A DNA stretch of 64,000 nt from a bacterium (GCA_043807825.1 JAZDFM010000034.1:2700-66699), one strand, 5' to 3'; shown: positions 9,633 to 19,799, numbered from the stretch's first letter. The notes: generated by a model from the sequence alone, not told the origin. A program made the numbers and translations.

Positions 9633-10187
9633 ATGGCTGACAAAAAAATCATTATTGGTTTGGCCGGAGAAATATGCGCCGGCAAAGGCGCGATCGTGAA
9701 ATACTTAACGGAAAAGCGCGGCGCCGCGTCTTATCGCTTTTCCACAATGTTGCGCGATTTGTTAAACAGGCTCTATTTGCCGGTTTCCAGAGAAAACATG
9801 CAATTGATTTCCACGGCTATGCGCCAAACTTTCGGCGAAGACATTATGGCGAAAGTAATCGCCGAAGATGTTAAAAATGAGAAGAACAGCATTGTCATAA
9901 TTGACGGCGTCAGGCGGATAGCTGATATAAAATACTTGCGGGAAATTGAAAATTTTAAATTAGCCGGCATCATAGCTGAGCCTGAAACCAGATATAACAG
10001 ATTGATTGCCAGAAAAGAAAATCAAGGCGATGAAAATAAAACTTATGAAGAATTTTTAGCCGACCACAAAAAAGAAGCTGACGCTCAAGTGCCGGTAGTT
10101 ATGGCGCAAGCCGATCTGGAAATTGAAAACAACGGCAGTTTGGAAAATTTATATAAGCAAGTTGACCAAATCATAAATAACAGCTAA
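9633..10187 (+). CDS. P-loop nucleotide kinase (dephospho-CoA kinase-like/NMP kinase fold)
   Basis: IGLAGEICAGKG Walker A, IIDGVRR, ADLEIENNGSLE. Confidence 0.8.
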   Translation: MADKKIIIGLAGEICAGKGAIVKYLTEKRGAASYRFSTMLRDLLNRLYLPVSRENMQLISTAMRQTFGEDIMAKVIAEDVKNEKNSIVIIDGVRRIADIKYLREIENFKLAGIIAEPETRYNRLIARKENQGDENKTYEEFLADHKKEADAQVPVVMAQADLEIENNGSLENLYKQVDQIINNS

Positions 10188-10259
10188 ATTATTATTATAA
10201 TAAAAACAGCATTAAGGAGGCAGACAGTTTCAGACAGTCTGTCTTTTATTTTTTAATAT

Positions 10260-11405
10260 ATGCGACAAACATCGGGAAAATTTATCGTGATTGACGGCGC
10301 CGACGGTTCAGGTAAAGCGACACAAACCGAAATACTGGCCAGAAGATTGAGGCAAGCCGGATTTTCCGTGGAAGTGGCGGATTTTCCCCAATATAACACC
10401 AAATCAGCCGGATTGGTTGAAGAATATTTAAGCGGCAAATACGGCTCTCCCGAACAAGTCGGGCCTTACCGCGCTTCAATTTTTTACGCCTGCGACCGCT
10501 ATGACGCCAGCTTTAAAATCAGGCGTTGGCTTAATCAGGGAAAAATCGTGATTTCCAACCGCTATGTCACGGCCAATATGGGCCATCAGGGAGGAAAAAT
10601 TTCCAATCCGCTGGAAAAAAAACATTTTTTTGACTGGCTGAATCAGCTTGAATATGAAATTTTCAACATTCCGCGCCCAGACTTGAATATCATTCTGCAT
10701 GTTCCGGCGGAAATATCGCAAGCATTGGCGCAACGCCGACAGAAGCAAGATTGGATCGGCAAAACCAATGACATTCATCAAGACGATATCGCGCACCTTG
10801 AAAGCGCGGAACGGACTTACTTGCAAATCGCGCGAGATTTTCCCGATTTCAGCCTGATTGAATGCGCGAGCGGCCGGCGAATTTTGAGCCGGGAAGAAAT
10901 AAGCGGTTTGGTTTGGAATCGCGTCGTAAAATTATTTGAATCCGCTAAAACAATTTCCGATGAAACAAAAACAACAAACAGCTTAAAATTAAAAGTTGAA
11001 AAAATATCGCCTTTAGCCAAAATTCCGACACGGGCTTATTCTCATGACGCCGGTTTGGATTTATACGCGGCGGATTATTATTCATTGTTTCCAGGAGATT
11101 TCACCATTATCAAAACCGGCATAAAAATCGCCATTCCAAACGGCTTTGCCGGCTTAGTATGGGATAAAGGCGGAATAGCCAAAACAGGCATACATTCCAT
11201 GGCTGGCGTAGTTGACTCCGGATTCATGGGGGAAATTACCGTAGAATTGATCAACTTGAGCCATGACATTTTCCATATCGCTCCGGGGCAAAAAATCGCG
11301 CAATTGTTAATCCAAAAAATTGAAACGCCGGAAATCGCGGAAGAGCCTGTCGCGGACGAAACGGACAGAAAAGACGGATGTTTCGGAAGTTCGGGGTTGT
11401 TTTAA
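10260..11405 (+). CDS. thymidylate kinase-dUTPase fusion
   Basis: N-terminal IDGADGSGKATQ...NRYVTAN...PDLNIIL (Tmk); C-terminal DAGLDL, AGVVDSGF, IAQL, FGSSG (trimeric dUTPase). Confidence 0.9.
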   Translation: MRQTSGKFIVIDGADGSGKATQTEILARRLRQAGFSVEVADFPQYNTKSAGLVEEYLSGKYGSPEQVGPYRASIFYACDRYDASFKIRRWLNQGKIVISNRYVTANMGHQGGKISNPLEKKHFFDWLNQLEYEIFNIPRPDLNIILHVPAEISQALAQRRQKQDWIGKTNDIHQDDIAHLESAERTYLQIARDFPDFSLIECASGRRILSREEISGLVWNRVVKLFESAKTISDETKTTNSLKLKVEKISPLAKIPTRAYSHDAGLDLYAADYYSLFPGDFTIIKTGIKIAIPNGFAGLVWDKGGIAKTGIHSMAGVVDSGFMGEITVELINLSHDIFHIAPGQKIAQLLIQKIETPEIAEEPVADETDRKDGCFGSSGLF

Positions 11406-11413
11406 AAATCAAT

Positions 11414-11543
11414 TGTCATTGCGAGCCATGTAATCGTGGCGAAGCAATCTCTAGTTCAAAGCGCTACAACAATCATTATAATCAACAGTTTGTGATTTTA
11501 ACCTCAGATTGCTTCGCTTCACTCCGTTGCGCTCGCAATGACA
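11414..11543. repeat. family-A REP inverted pair
   Basis: aatTGTCATTGCGAG..CGAAGCAATCT..AGATTGCTTCG..CTCGCAATGACAatt. Confidence 0.9.
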
Positions 11544-11562
11544 ATTATGTTAATATTAAGCT

Positions 11563-13071
11563 ATGCCATACGACACAATAATCGGCCTTGAAATCCATGC
11601 CGAGCTGAAAACCAAATCCAAAATGTTCTGCTCATGCGACAATGACGCGCAGAATAAAAAACCCAACACCGCGGTTTGTCCAATCTGCATGGCGCACCCG
11701 GGAACATTGCCTGTTCCCAATAAACAAGCAGTTGAATGGACGATTTTAATCGGCCTGGCTTTAAATTGCAAAATCAACAATATTTCCAAATTTGACCGAA
11801 AAAATTATTTTTATCCTGACTTGCCGAAAGGCTACCAAATTTCACAATACGACTTGCCTATCGCTTACGACGGTTTTTTAGAAATTGACGGCAAGCCCGT
11901 CTTGATAACTAGAATACATTTGGAAGAAGATACCGGAAAGCTCATCCACCCGGCCGGAAAAAAATATTCTTTGGTTGATTTCAACCGCGCCGGAACTCCT
12001 CTGATTGAAATGGTAACCGAACCGATCATAAAAGACGCGGCCACCGCCAAAAAATTCGCCCAAAACTACCAACAAATTTTAAGATTTTTAGGCATATCAA
12101 ACGCGGACATGGAAAAAGGCGAAATGCGCTGTGAAGCCAATATCAGCATTCAGGAAGAAGGCAAATGGAAATATGAAAACGGCCAAATTCTGCCGATCGG
12201 CGATTACAGGTTAAATCCTAAAGTTGAATTGAAAAATATAAATTCTTTCAAATACATGGAAAAGGCCGTTGATTACGAAATCAAGCGGCAGATCAAAGCT
12301 TTGGAAGAACATGAAAAATTGGTTCAGGAAACTCGCGGTTGGAACAATGACAAGGGCATATCGTTCAGCCAAAGGATAAAAGAAACATCCGCTGATTACA
12401 GATATTTCCCGGAGCCTGACATACCGCCTTTAAAAATAAGCCAACAATGGATTGATAAAATAAAAGCCGGCATGGGAGAATTGCCTGCCGAAAAAATCAA
12501 ACGCTTTCAAGATGAATATTTATTCTCGGAGAAAGAGGCTGAAATTTTGGCATTGGACAAAGATTTGGCGAAATTCACGGAACAAGTGATTTCCGAATTG
12601 CGCGCTTGGATCAAAGCCGAAGGCGACAGCTGGAGCAGGCAGAAACACAAATTAGCCAAGGCAACGGCCAACTGGCTGATTAACGAGCTTTTCAAGCATT
12701 TAAAAACAGACGGGATAAGCATAAAAAACCTCAAAATAACTCCTGAAAATTTCGCCGAATTCATTTGCTTGGTTTATCAAGAAAAAATAAATTCTTCGGC
12801 CGCGCAGACTATTTTGGAGCAGATGTGCAAAAAAGGCGGCGATCCAACGGATATTATGGCTGAATTGGGTTTGGAACAGCTTGATGACCGCGAATCTTTG
12901 GAGAAAATTATCGCAGAAGTCGTATTCAAAAATCAAAAACAGGCGGAACAATATAAAGCCGGAAAAGCCAATGTCCTGCAATTCTTGGTCGGACAAGTAA
13001 TGGCCGCCACTAAAGGCAAGGCCAATCCGAAAGTCGCGGTTGAGCTGTTAAAATCCGCGCTTGCCAAATAA
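11563..13071 (+). CDS. gatB: Asp/Glu-tRNA amidotransferase subunit B
   Basis: IGLEIHAEL, FDRKNYFYPDLPKGYQISQ, HLEEDTGK, DYRYFPEPD. Confidence 0.98.
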   Translation: MPYDTIIGLEIHAELKTKSKMFCSCDNDAQNKKPNTAVCPICMAHPGTLPVPNKQAVEWTILIGLALNCKINNISKFDRKNYFYPDLPKGYQISQYDLPIAYDGFLEIDGKPVLITRIHLEEDTGKLIHPAGKKYSLVDFNRAGTPLIEMVTEPIIKDAATAKKFAQNYQQILRFLGISNADMEKGEMRCEANISIQEEGKWKYENGQILPIGDYRLNPKVELKNINSFKYMEKAVDYEIKRQIKALEEHEKLVQETRGWNNDKGISFSQRIKETSADYRYFPEPDIPPLKISQQWIDKIKAGMGELPAEKIKRFQDEYLFSEKEAEILALDKDLAKFTEQVISELRAWIKAEGDSWSRQKHKLAKATANWLINELFKHLKTDGISIKNLKITPENFAEFICLVYQEKINSSAAQTILEQMCKKGGDPTDIMAELGLEQLDDRESLEKIIAEVVFKNQKQAEQYKAGKANVLQFLVGQVMAATKGKANPKVAVELLKSALAK

Positions 13072-13089
13072 CCGGCGCCGTGATAAAAT
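13061..13089 (+). promoter_or_regulatory. sigma70 promoter upstream of structured leader
   Basis: TTGCCA-N17-TAAAAT with TG extension. Confidence 0.55.
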
Positions 13090-13171
13090 ATTTCCAATGC
13101 GAAAAAATCATCCAAAAAATAAATTTTACATAACGGCTTGGGTAAAAGCCCGAGGCGAAAAATTATTTTTT

Positions 13172-13207
13172 AAAAATTCCCCGTTCAAATGAACAGGGAA
13201 TTTTTTT
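13172..13207 (+). terminator. intrinsic terminator
   Basis: aaaaattccc-c-gttc aaat gaac-a-gggaa followed by T7. Confidence 0.75.
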
Positions 13208-13239
13208 ATTCAACAGATCTTTAAAAAAAGGGGGGCATT

Positions 13240-13581
13240 ATGGAAAAAGAAAATTTCTGCATGTTTTTAAAAACATGCGCTTTTGGCACAAGCGCGTGTA
13301 ACACAGAGCAAGCCGCGCTATGCGGCGAATTTTTCAGGCGCCAAATTTTGGCGCAAACTCCATGTCCGATTATGGCGGACATGGGATATAACGGCGAACT
13401 CGCCAAATGCGATTCGCCGGATTTGCGCGCGCAGGTGCCGAGCGAAAAGTCTTGCCGTAAAAACGGCAGATGCATCCGCGAAGAACTATGCCATAAATTT
13501 TTTTTCTCGTACTTAAGATTGTACGGAGAAAAAAGATTTGTGGAACTCCGCAAACCCATAAAAATTTGCTTGGAGTCATAA
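13240..13581 (+). CDS. Cys-rich hypothetical protein
   Basis: 113 aa, about 10 Cys; purine-rich SD (AAGGGGGG) upstream, terminator downstream. Confidence 0.6.
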   Translation: MEKENFCMFLKTCAFGTSACNTEQAALCGEFFRRQILAQTPCPIMADMGYNGELAKCDSPDLRAQVPSEKSCRKNGRCIREELCHKFFFSYLRLYGEKRFVELRKPIKICLES

Positions 13582-13585
13582 TGTC

Positions 13586-13613
13586 AGGGGATTGCGCCAA
13601 AGCAATCCCCTTT
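13586..13613 (+). terminator. intrinsic terminator
   Basis: AGGGGATTGC gccaaa GCAATCCCCT tt. Confidence 0.7.
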
Positions 13614-13621
13614 CTACTTTC

Positions 13622-13713
13622 AGAGCCTGTCTAATAAGCCCATTTCTACTGCGACTTTTAAATTTCCGCATAATTTTTTCTAAATTTTCTCGCCTATACA
13701 TCAAACAGGCTCT
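13622..13713. mobile_element. putative ~92-bp MITE
   Basis: Terminal inverted repeats AGAGCCTGTCT / AAACAGGCTCT (10/11); overlaps the miaA stop. Confidence 0.55.
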
Positions 13714-14627
13714 AAAAATTTTTTAACAAGTTTTTCGGCTTTCAGGCCGCTTTTCAACCAATTTATTTCCGCGCCCTGCTTTTCCCAGCGCTTAAACCAA
13801 ACAAGCTGGCGTTTGGCGAATTGGCAGATTGCGATATTCAGCTTTTCAACCATTTCATCATACGGCATTTTGCCCTGCAGATGCAAAGCCATGAATTTAT
13901 ATTCCAACCCGAATTCTTCAAGCCTTTTCCAGCTCAAGCCTTGACGGCGCAATTTTTCCGCTTCGCCGAGCATATTTTCCTTTTCAAGCCTTTCAATCAA
14001 TCTTTGAAAAATTCTTTGTTTCAAAATATTATTTCCAAACTTAACGCCGATAAGCAAAGCCGCGTATTTTTTCGCGCCTTTGCCCATCTTGAAATTTTCA
14101 TCCTGTTCTAAAATTTCCAAATATCTCATCAGCCGGCGCTTGTTGTTTTTGTCGCTTTGATTTAATCTGGCGGCGACTTTCGGCGATAATTTTTTCAATT
14201 TTAAAAACAGCTCTTGAGCGCTTGATTTTTCCAATTTTTTTCTTAAAGCCGAATTTTTTTTCGCGTCCGATAATTTGTAATTGTCAATTACGGCTTGCAT
14301 ATACAAGCCTGAACCGCCGGCCAAAATCGGAATTTTGCCGCGTTTTAAAATATCATCAATGGCCGCAAAAGCCATTTTTTGGTATTTTGCCAAATCAAAT
14401 CTTGTCTTGGGACTTGCCACATCTATTAAATGATACGGAGCAGTGTATTCGCTCAAATCTTTGCCTGTTCCAATGTCCATTCCCCTGTAAACCTGCCTTG
14501 AATCCGCGCTCACAATCTCGCCATTGAATTTGCGGGCCAATTCCACGGCCAGCTTTGTTTTTCCGCACGCTGTTGGGCCTAAAACCGCCAAAATTTTATT
14601 GTTTTTTTTACTCATAGATATTAACAA
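13701..14627 (-). CDS. miaA: tRNA dimethylallyltransferase
   Basis: GPTACGKT, SADSRQVYRGMDIGTGK, GGSGLY, FAKRQ. Confidence 0.96.
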   Translation of the reverse strand: MLISMSKKNNKILAVLGPTACGKTKLAVELARKFNGEIVSADSRQVYRGMDIGTGKDLSEYTAPYHLIDVASPKTRFDLAKYQKMAFAAIDDILKRGKIPILAGGSGLYMQAVIDNYKLSDAKKNSALRKKLEKSSAQELFLKLKKLSPKVAARLNQSDKNNKRRLMRYLEILEQDENFKMGKGAKKYAALLIGVKFGNNILKQRIFQRLIERLEKENMLGEAEKLRRQGLSWKRLEEFGLEYKFMALHLQGKMPYDEMVEKLNIAICQFAKRQLVWFKRWEKQGAEINWLKSGLKAEKLVKKFLEPV

Positions 14628-14628
14628 C

Positions 14629-15870
14629 CTAGCCTTCCAGACCGAAATCCATAACTTTATTTATTTTCACATCAACGAATTTTCCGGTTAAATCTTTTTT
14701 ACCGTCTGCCGCAAAAAATTTAACTTTTTTCGCGGTCTCGGTTCTGCCAATCCAATTATTATTTTTGCCTTTCCCTTCCGCCAAGACTTTCACTGTTTTG
14801 CCCGCGTATTTTTTATTGTTGCCCGATACCGCGCGTTTCAATATTTTATTCAATTCTTCTTCGCGCCGCTTTTTTTCCGGCTTGCTTACATTATCCGCCA
14901 TTTTCATAGCCGCGGTTCCTGGCCGCGGGCTGTATTGCGATATGTACGCCATGTCAAATTTGATTTTTTTCATCAACTTCGCCGTATTGCCGAATTGTTT
15001 TTTCGTTTCTCCGGGAAAACCGACTATAATATCGGTTGTAATGGAAACAGGCAATCGCGATATATCGCGATTTAATTGTTTTCTTATTTTTCCGACCAAT
15101 TTCACATAATCATCATGCGTATATTTTCTGTTCATTCTTTTTAATACCGCGTCATCTCCTGATTGCGCAGGCAAATGGATATGACGGCAGACTTTTTCGC
15201 ATTCAGAGATCGTTTTGATCAATTTCGCTGACATGTCTTTGGGATGGCTTGTGTAAAATCTGATCCAAAATTCTCCTTTAACATTATTCGCCATCTTCAG
15301 CAAATCCGCGAAATCAGTTTTCCCGTCTTTATAGCTGTTGACATTTTGGGCTATAAAAACTATTTCTTTGTAATTTTTCTTAACCAAACTTTTAACTTCG
15401 GCAAGCGCGTCTTTGGCCGGCCTCCAGACTTCCCTGCCCCTGGCGTAAGGCACGACGCAGTAAGAGCAAAAATTATTACAGCCGTTGCCGATAGGCGCGA
15501 AAGCCGAAAATTCAGATTCATATTTCGGCTTGGCTTTAAAATAATCGGCGCCTTTGCTATTTGTTATTTGGCCTATTGTCATCCATAAATCCACATGCTT
15601 TTTCAGCCTCCGCCTCACATCTTTTCTGCAAGCTAAACATCCCGTAAGCATAATCTTCGTTTTCGGATTGGCTTTTTTTATTCCGGGTATAAGGCCGTAA
15701 ATTCTGTCTTCGGCCGACTGCCGCACTCCGCAAGTATTTATCACCGCCAAATCAGCCGAATATTTATCTTCGGATTTTTTATATCCTTGTTTTTCAAGAG
15801 CTCCGGCTATTCTTTCGCTGTCTGATTCATTCATCTGACAGCCGATAGTGATGATATGGTAAGTTTTCAT
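14629..15870 (-). CDS. miaB: tRNA methylthiotransferase MiaB
   Basis: GCQMNESDSE, NTCGVRQSAE, CNNFCSYC, DIIVGFPGET, TRAM domain; adjacent to miaA. Confidence 0.92.
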   Translation of the reverse strand: MKTYHIITIGCQMNESDSERIAGALEKQGYKKSEDKYSADLAVINTCGVRQSAEDRIYGLIPGIKKANPKTKIMLTGCLACRKDVRRRLKKHVDLWMTIGQITNSKGADYFKAKPKYESEFSAFAPIGNGCNNFCSYCVVPYARGREVWRPAKDALAEVKSLVKKNYKEIVFIAQNVNSYKDGKTDFADLLKMANNVKGEFWIRFYTSHPKDMSAKLIKTISECEKVCRHIHLPAQSGDDAVLKRMNRKYTHDDYVKLVGKIRKQLNRDISRLPVSITTDIIVGFPGETKKQFGNTAKLMKKIKFDMAYISQYSPRPGTAAMKMADNVSKPEKKRREEELNKILKRAVSGNNKKYAGKTVKVLAEGKGKNNNWIGRTETAKKVKFFAADGKKDLTGKFVDVKINKVMDFGLEG

Positions 15871-15875
15871 AAAAA

Positions 15876-16970
15876 TTATATCCCCGACTCTCTTAATATC
15901 TCTTTTTGTTTTTTGGACAATCCGGTCGGAGTTTTCACTATCACTTCCACGAGATGGTCGCCGCGTTTTTCTTGATTTCTCCCGAAATAATCGCGGCCGG
16001 ACAAATGCGGCACGCCTTTATTTTTCATTCTGATAACTCTGCCGGATTGCGTGCCTTCGGGAATCTTCAATTCAACAGGCCCGTCAACTGTTTGGATTTC
16101 AATTTTTCCGCCCAAAGCCGCGGTTGAGACATTTATTTCCGCTTTTGACAAAATATCATAGCCTTGCCGCTTAAATCTTCCATCGGAATTAACCCTGATT
16201 TTAACATACAAATCTCCGGATTGCGATCCTTTTGGCGCGGCTTCGCCTTGTCCCGACAATCTTATTGTTTCATTATCGCCGATGCCGGCGGGAATTTTAA
16301 TTTTTAAATTCGCTATCTGCTGGACAATGCCGGCGCCGTGGCAAGCCGAACATTTTTCTTTAAAAATTTTTCCATGTCCCTCGCAATCTTCGCAAATCGT
16401 CTGCATTCGCATATTGCCCAAAATCGTTCTCTGAGATTTTATAACTTTGCCTTTGCCTCCGCATGTTTTGCAAGTGATTATTTCAGAACCCGGCTCCCTG
16501 CCTTCCCCATGGCATCTGGAACATTCAACGGTTTTTTTGAGGCTGATTTCTTTTTCAACGCCAAAAACCGATTCCATAAAATCAACGGTTAAAATAATCT
16601 GAATATCGCTTCCGCGCCTTGAATGCCGGCGGCCCGATCCCGAATTCCCTGAAAAACCGAAAATATCTCCAAAGCCTCCGAATATATCGCTCAAATCATC
16701 CATATTTATATTAAATCCTCCAAAGCCTTGTTCTCCATACGCCCCGCCAGTTGGCTGATGGTCAAACGATGAGCCGAATTGATCGTATTGGGAACGCTTT
16801 TTTGGGTCGCCTAAAACCTGATAAGCTTCATTAAGCTCCTTGAATTTGGCTTCATCTCCGCCTTGTTTGTCAGGATGAAACTTATGGGCTTTTTCGCGAA
16901 AAGCTTTTTTGATTTCATCTTGAGAAGCGTTTTTGCCTACGCCGAGTATATTATAATAGTCCTTGGACAT
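15876..16970 (-). CDS. dnaJ: chaperone DnaJ
   Basis: J domain HPD, G/F region, four CxxCxGxG repeats. Confidence 0.98.
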   Translation of the reverse strand: MSKDYYNILGVGKNASQDEIKKAFREKAHKFHPDKQGGDEAKFKELNEAYQVLGDPKKRSQYDQFGSSFDHQPTGGAYGEQGFGGFNINMDDLSDIFGGFGDIFGFSGNSGSGRRHSRRGSDIQIILTVDFMESVFGVEKEISLKKTVECSRCHGEGREPGSEIITCKTCGGKGKVIKSQRTILGNMRMQTICEDCEGHGKIFKEKCSACHGAGIVQQIANLKIKIPAGIGDNETIRLSGQGEAAPKGSQSGDLYVKIRVNSDGRFKRQGYDILSKAEINVSTAALGGKIEIQTVDGPVELKIPEGTQSGRVIRMKNKGVPHLSGRDYFGRNQEKRGDHLVEVIVKTPTGLSKKQKEILRESGI

Positions 16971-16982
16971 TTTTTTTATTTT

Positions 16983-18860
16983 TTACTTTTTTTCCGTAAA
17001 TTCACCTTCAATCGGCCCTTCGTCTTTTTTGGCTTCGGCTCCGGGTTGAGCGCTTTGAGCTTGCTGATACATGGCCGCTCCGATTTTCTGCGCCACAGCG
17101 CTCAATTCTTCCATTTTTTTCTTAATCTCGCCGATATCTTCTCCGTCTTTTATTTTTTTCAGACCTTCAACTTTTTCCTCAAGCTCTTTTTTATCCTCGG
17201 GTTTGATTTTGTCTCCCGAATCTTTTATCAACTTTTCCGCCTGAAAAACAGCGGCATCGGCTTGATTTTTTATTTCCACTTGTTCGCGCTTTTCCTTGTC
17301 TTCTTCGGCGTGCAATTCAGCTTCTTTTTTCATTTTTTCCACTTCTTCCTTGGATAAGCCGGAAGACGCCGTGATAACTATTTTTTGCTCTTTGCTTGTC
17401 GCTTTGTCTTTGGCTTTGACATTCAATATTCCGTTGGCGTCAATATCAAACGACACTTCAACTTGCGGAATGCCGCGCGGAGCCGAAGGTATGCCGTCCA
17501 AAATAAATCTTCCCAAAGTTTTATTATCGGCGGCCATCGGGCGTTCGCCTTGCAAAACATGGATTTCCACGCTTGTCTGTCCGTCAGCCGCCGTGGAAAA
17601 CACTTGCGACTTTGAAGTCGGAATAGTGGTATTGCGGTCAATCAAAGGAGTGGCTACTCCTCCCAAAGTTTCAATGCCCAAAGTCAAAGGCGTAACATCC
17701 AAAAGTAAAACATCTTTTACATCTCCCTGCAAAACTCCGGCCTGAACCGCCGCGCCCATAGCAACAACTTCGTCGGGATTAACCGTCAAATTCGGCTCTT
17801 TGCCGAAAAATTCTTTTACCGTTTTCAATACCAAAGGCATGCGGGTCATTCCTCCAACCATCACTATTTCATCAATATCTTTAGCTTCAATTCCCGCGTC
17901 TTTCAAAGCGGCCTTAACAGGGCCTATAGTGTTCGCCACCAAATCTCCAACCAGCTCTTCCAGCTTGGCTCTGGTTATTTTCATGACCAAATGCAAAGGC
18001 CTGCCGCTCGGATCAACCGTGATAAACGGCTGATTGATTTCGGTTTCCGGCATGGTGGAAAGCTCAATTTTGGCTTTTTCCGCGGCTTCTTTTATTCTCT
18101 GCAGAGCCAGCGCGTCTTTTGACAAATCAGCGCCTTCGCTTTTTTTAAACTGCTCTATGATAAAAGAGATTATTCTTTGATCAAAATCATCGCCTCCCAA
18201 ATGCGTATCGCCATTGGTGGATTTAACTTCAACAGTATCCGCGCTCACATCAAGAATGGAAATATCAAAAGTTCCGCCGCCCAAATCGTAGACCGCGATT
18301 TGTTCGCCTTTTTTCTTTTCAAATCCGTAAGCCAGCGCCGCGGCAGTCGGTTCATTGATGATTCTTTTAACATCCAAACCCGCGATTTTTCCGGCGTCTT
18401 TAGTCGCCTGCCTTTGAGAATCATTGAAATAAGCCGGAACGGTTATAATGGCTTCGGTGATTTTTTCCCCGATTTTGGCTTCAGCGTCTGCTTTAAGTTT
18501 TGACAATATCATGGCCGAAACTTCCTGCGGAGTGTATTCTTTATCTCCAATTTTCACTTTTACTCCTCCGTTAGACTTGACAATTTTATACGGCATGGAT
18601 TTTAAATCCCTCTGCACTTCTTCGTCTTCAAAACTTCTGCCGATCAAACGCTTAATGGAAAAAATGGTATTTTCCGGATTTGTCACCGCTTGCCTTTTCG
18701 CCGACATGCCGACCAATCGTTCGCTGTTTTTCGTCATAGCCGCGATTGACGGCGTGGTTCTGGCGCCTTCAACATTTTCAATGATTTTCGGCTGTCCGCC
18801 CTCAATAATGGCCATTGCCGAATTAGTCGTTCCCAAATCAATTCCTAATATTTTTGGCAT
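16983..18860 (-). CDS. dnaK: chaperone DnaK
   Basis: [30 protein letters not shown]; start trimmed to MPK. Confidence 0.99.
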   Translation of the reverse strand: MPKILGIDLGTTNSAMAIIEGGQPKIIENVEGARTTPSIAAMTKNSERLVGMSAKRQAVTNPENTIFSIKRLIGRSFEDEEVQRDLKSMPYKIVKSNGGVKVKIGDKEYTPQEVSAMILSKLKADAEAKIGEKITEAIITVPAYFNDSQRQATKDAGKIAGLDVKRIINEPTAAALAYGFEKKKGEQIAVYDLGGGTFDISILDVSADTVEVKSTNGDTHLGGDDFDQRIISFIIEQFKKSEGADLSKDALALQRIKEAAEKAKIELSTMPETEINQPFITVDPSGRPLHLVMKITRAKLEELVGDLVANTIGPVKAALKDAGIEAKDIDEIVMVGGMTRMPLVLKTVKEFFGKEPNLTVNPDEVVAMGAAVQAGVLQGDVKDVLLLDVTPLTLGIETLGGVATPLIDRNTTIPTSKSQVFSTAADGQTSVEIHVLQGERPMAADNKTLGRFILDGIPSAPRGIPQVEVSFDIDANGILNVKAKDKATSKEQKIVITASSGLSKEEVEKMKKEAELHAEEDKEKREQVEIKNQADAAVFQAEKLIKDSGDKIKPEDKKELEEKVEGLKKIKDGEDIGEIKKKMEELSAVAQKIGAAMYQQAQSAQPGAEAKKDEGPIEGEFTEKK

Positions 18861-18869
18861 ATACCTTAT

Positions 18870-18904
18870 TGTCATTGCGAGGAGCGTAGCGACGAAGCAA
18901 TCTC
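18870..18904 (+). repeat. family-A REP single arm
   Basis: TGTCATTGCGAGgagcgtagcgaCGAAGCAATCTC. Confidence 0.85.
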
Positions 18905-18978
18905 ATTTACTTTGCTAATCGCCAAAACTCATCTCAATGGTTAAATTAATTTATTATATATTTTAAACTTCTTATTTT

Positions 18979-19007
18979 CGTCATTCCGGCTTTAAGCCGG
19001 AATCCAG
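18979..19007 (+). repeat. family-B-like REP single arm
   Basis: CGTCATTCCGGCtttaAGCCGGAATCCAG. Confidence 0.8.
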
Positions 19008-19092
19008 GTTTAGTCGCATCAAAATGACAAATTCAATTATTAATTATTCTATCATTATTTAAATACTGATTTTAATCATGATTCTTTTCTTC

Positions 19093-19150
19093 CGTCATTC
19101 CCGCTTGCGTCCGCCTCGGCTTCACTCCGGCGAGACGGGCTTGAATGACA
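19093..19150. repeat. degenerate family-B element with nested GC-rich insert
   Basis: CGTCATTCCCGC..cgtccgcctcggc..cgagacggg..GAATGACA. Confidence 0.65.
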
Positions 19151-19160
19151 GGTTTGAGGT

Positions 19161-19304
19161 TGTCATTGCCCGCCTTGCCTCGCGTTGCGACGCAAGGCGG
19201 GCAATCTCACGGACAACAAGTTGCGATAAAGCTTTCCACTTTATTTTAAACTCCTTATTCGTGAGATTGCTTCGTCGGCCGAGTACGGCCTCCTCGCAAT
19301 GACA
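19161..19304. repeat. family-A REP inverted pair with nested hairpin
   Basis: TGTCATTGC-ccgccttgcctcgcgttgcgacgcaaggcgg-GCAATCTC ... GAGATTGCTTCG..CTCGCAATGACA. Confidence 0.85.
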
Positions 19305-19313
19305 GAATTAGAG

Positions 19314-19341
19314 TTACGCGTTATGCGTTACGAGTTACGCG
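19314..19341. repeat. heptamer tandem repeat (TTAYGMG)x4
   Basis: ttacgcg ttatgcg ttacgag ttacgcg; spans the hsp20 stop. Confidence 0.75.
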
Positions 19342-19738
19342 ATTTCCCCGTTTTTATTTTAATCGTTTTTGGCTTGGCTTCGGGAGCTTTTGGAACAGCG
19401 ATTTTTAGAATTCCGTTAACAGCCTCGGCCGAAGCTTTTTCTCCGATTACATGCGACGGCAACGGAACACTGCGGTAAAAACTGCCGCGCCTTATTTCTT
19501 TTCTGTAATAATTCTTATCTTCCACTTCGCTCTTTTTTTCGCTTTCGCCTTTAATCGTCAAAATATCGTTTTCAATGGAAATATCAATTTTTTCCGGATC
19601 AATTCCGGCAAGTTGCGTTTCAATATAAACATTTTCTTTATCCTGATAAACATCCACGGCCGGCATTAAATTTTCAAACATTTTATCCATATCCTCAAAC
19701 GGTTCAAGGAATGGAGTCCATTTTATAATTGGTGACAT
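19328..19738 (-). CDS. small heat-shock protein (Hsp20/alpha-crystallin)
   Basis: PAVDVYQ, LTIKGE, YYRKEIRRGSFYRSVPLP, NGILKIAVPK. Confidence 0.96.
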   Translation of the reverse strand: MSPIIKWTPFLEPFEDMDKMFENLMPAVDVYQDKENVYIETQLAGIDPEKIDISIENDILTIKGESEKKSEVEDKNYYRKEIRRGSFYRSVPLPSHVIGEKASAEAVNGILKIAVPKAPEAKPKTIKIKTGKSRNS

Positions 19739-19749
19739 ATGTTTTGTTG

Positions 19750-19796
19750 TGTCATTACGAGGAGTTCCGCCAGCCGGCGAATCGCTCGCAATGACA
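19750..19796. repeat. internally deleted family-A pair
   Basis: TGTCATTACGAG..ccgccagccggcg..CTCGCAATGACA. Confidence 0.75.
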
Positions 19797-19799
19797 TTA

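Noticed and set aside
11378-11581. Short ORFs over repeats (11378-11581, 19078-19302)
   Set aside because: They are translations of REP arms (CHCE.., VIAR..), with no SD or independent coding evidence.
12148-12215. GatB insertion (EEGKWKYENGQILPIGDYR) as an intein or repeat
   Set aside because: Short, in a variable loop, not palindromic and without intein motifs.
16743-16756. ccgccagttggc mini-palindrome in the dnaJ G/F region as an inserted element
   Set aside because: Too short and degenerate to distinguish from Gly/Pro codon bias.
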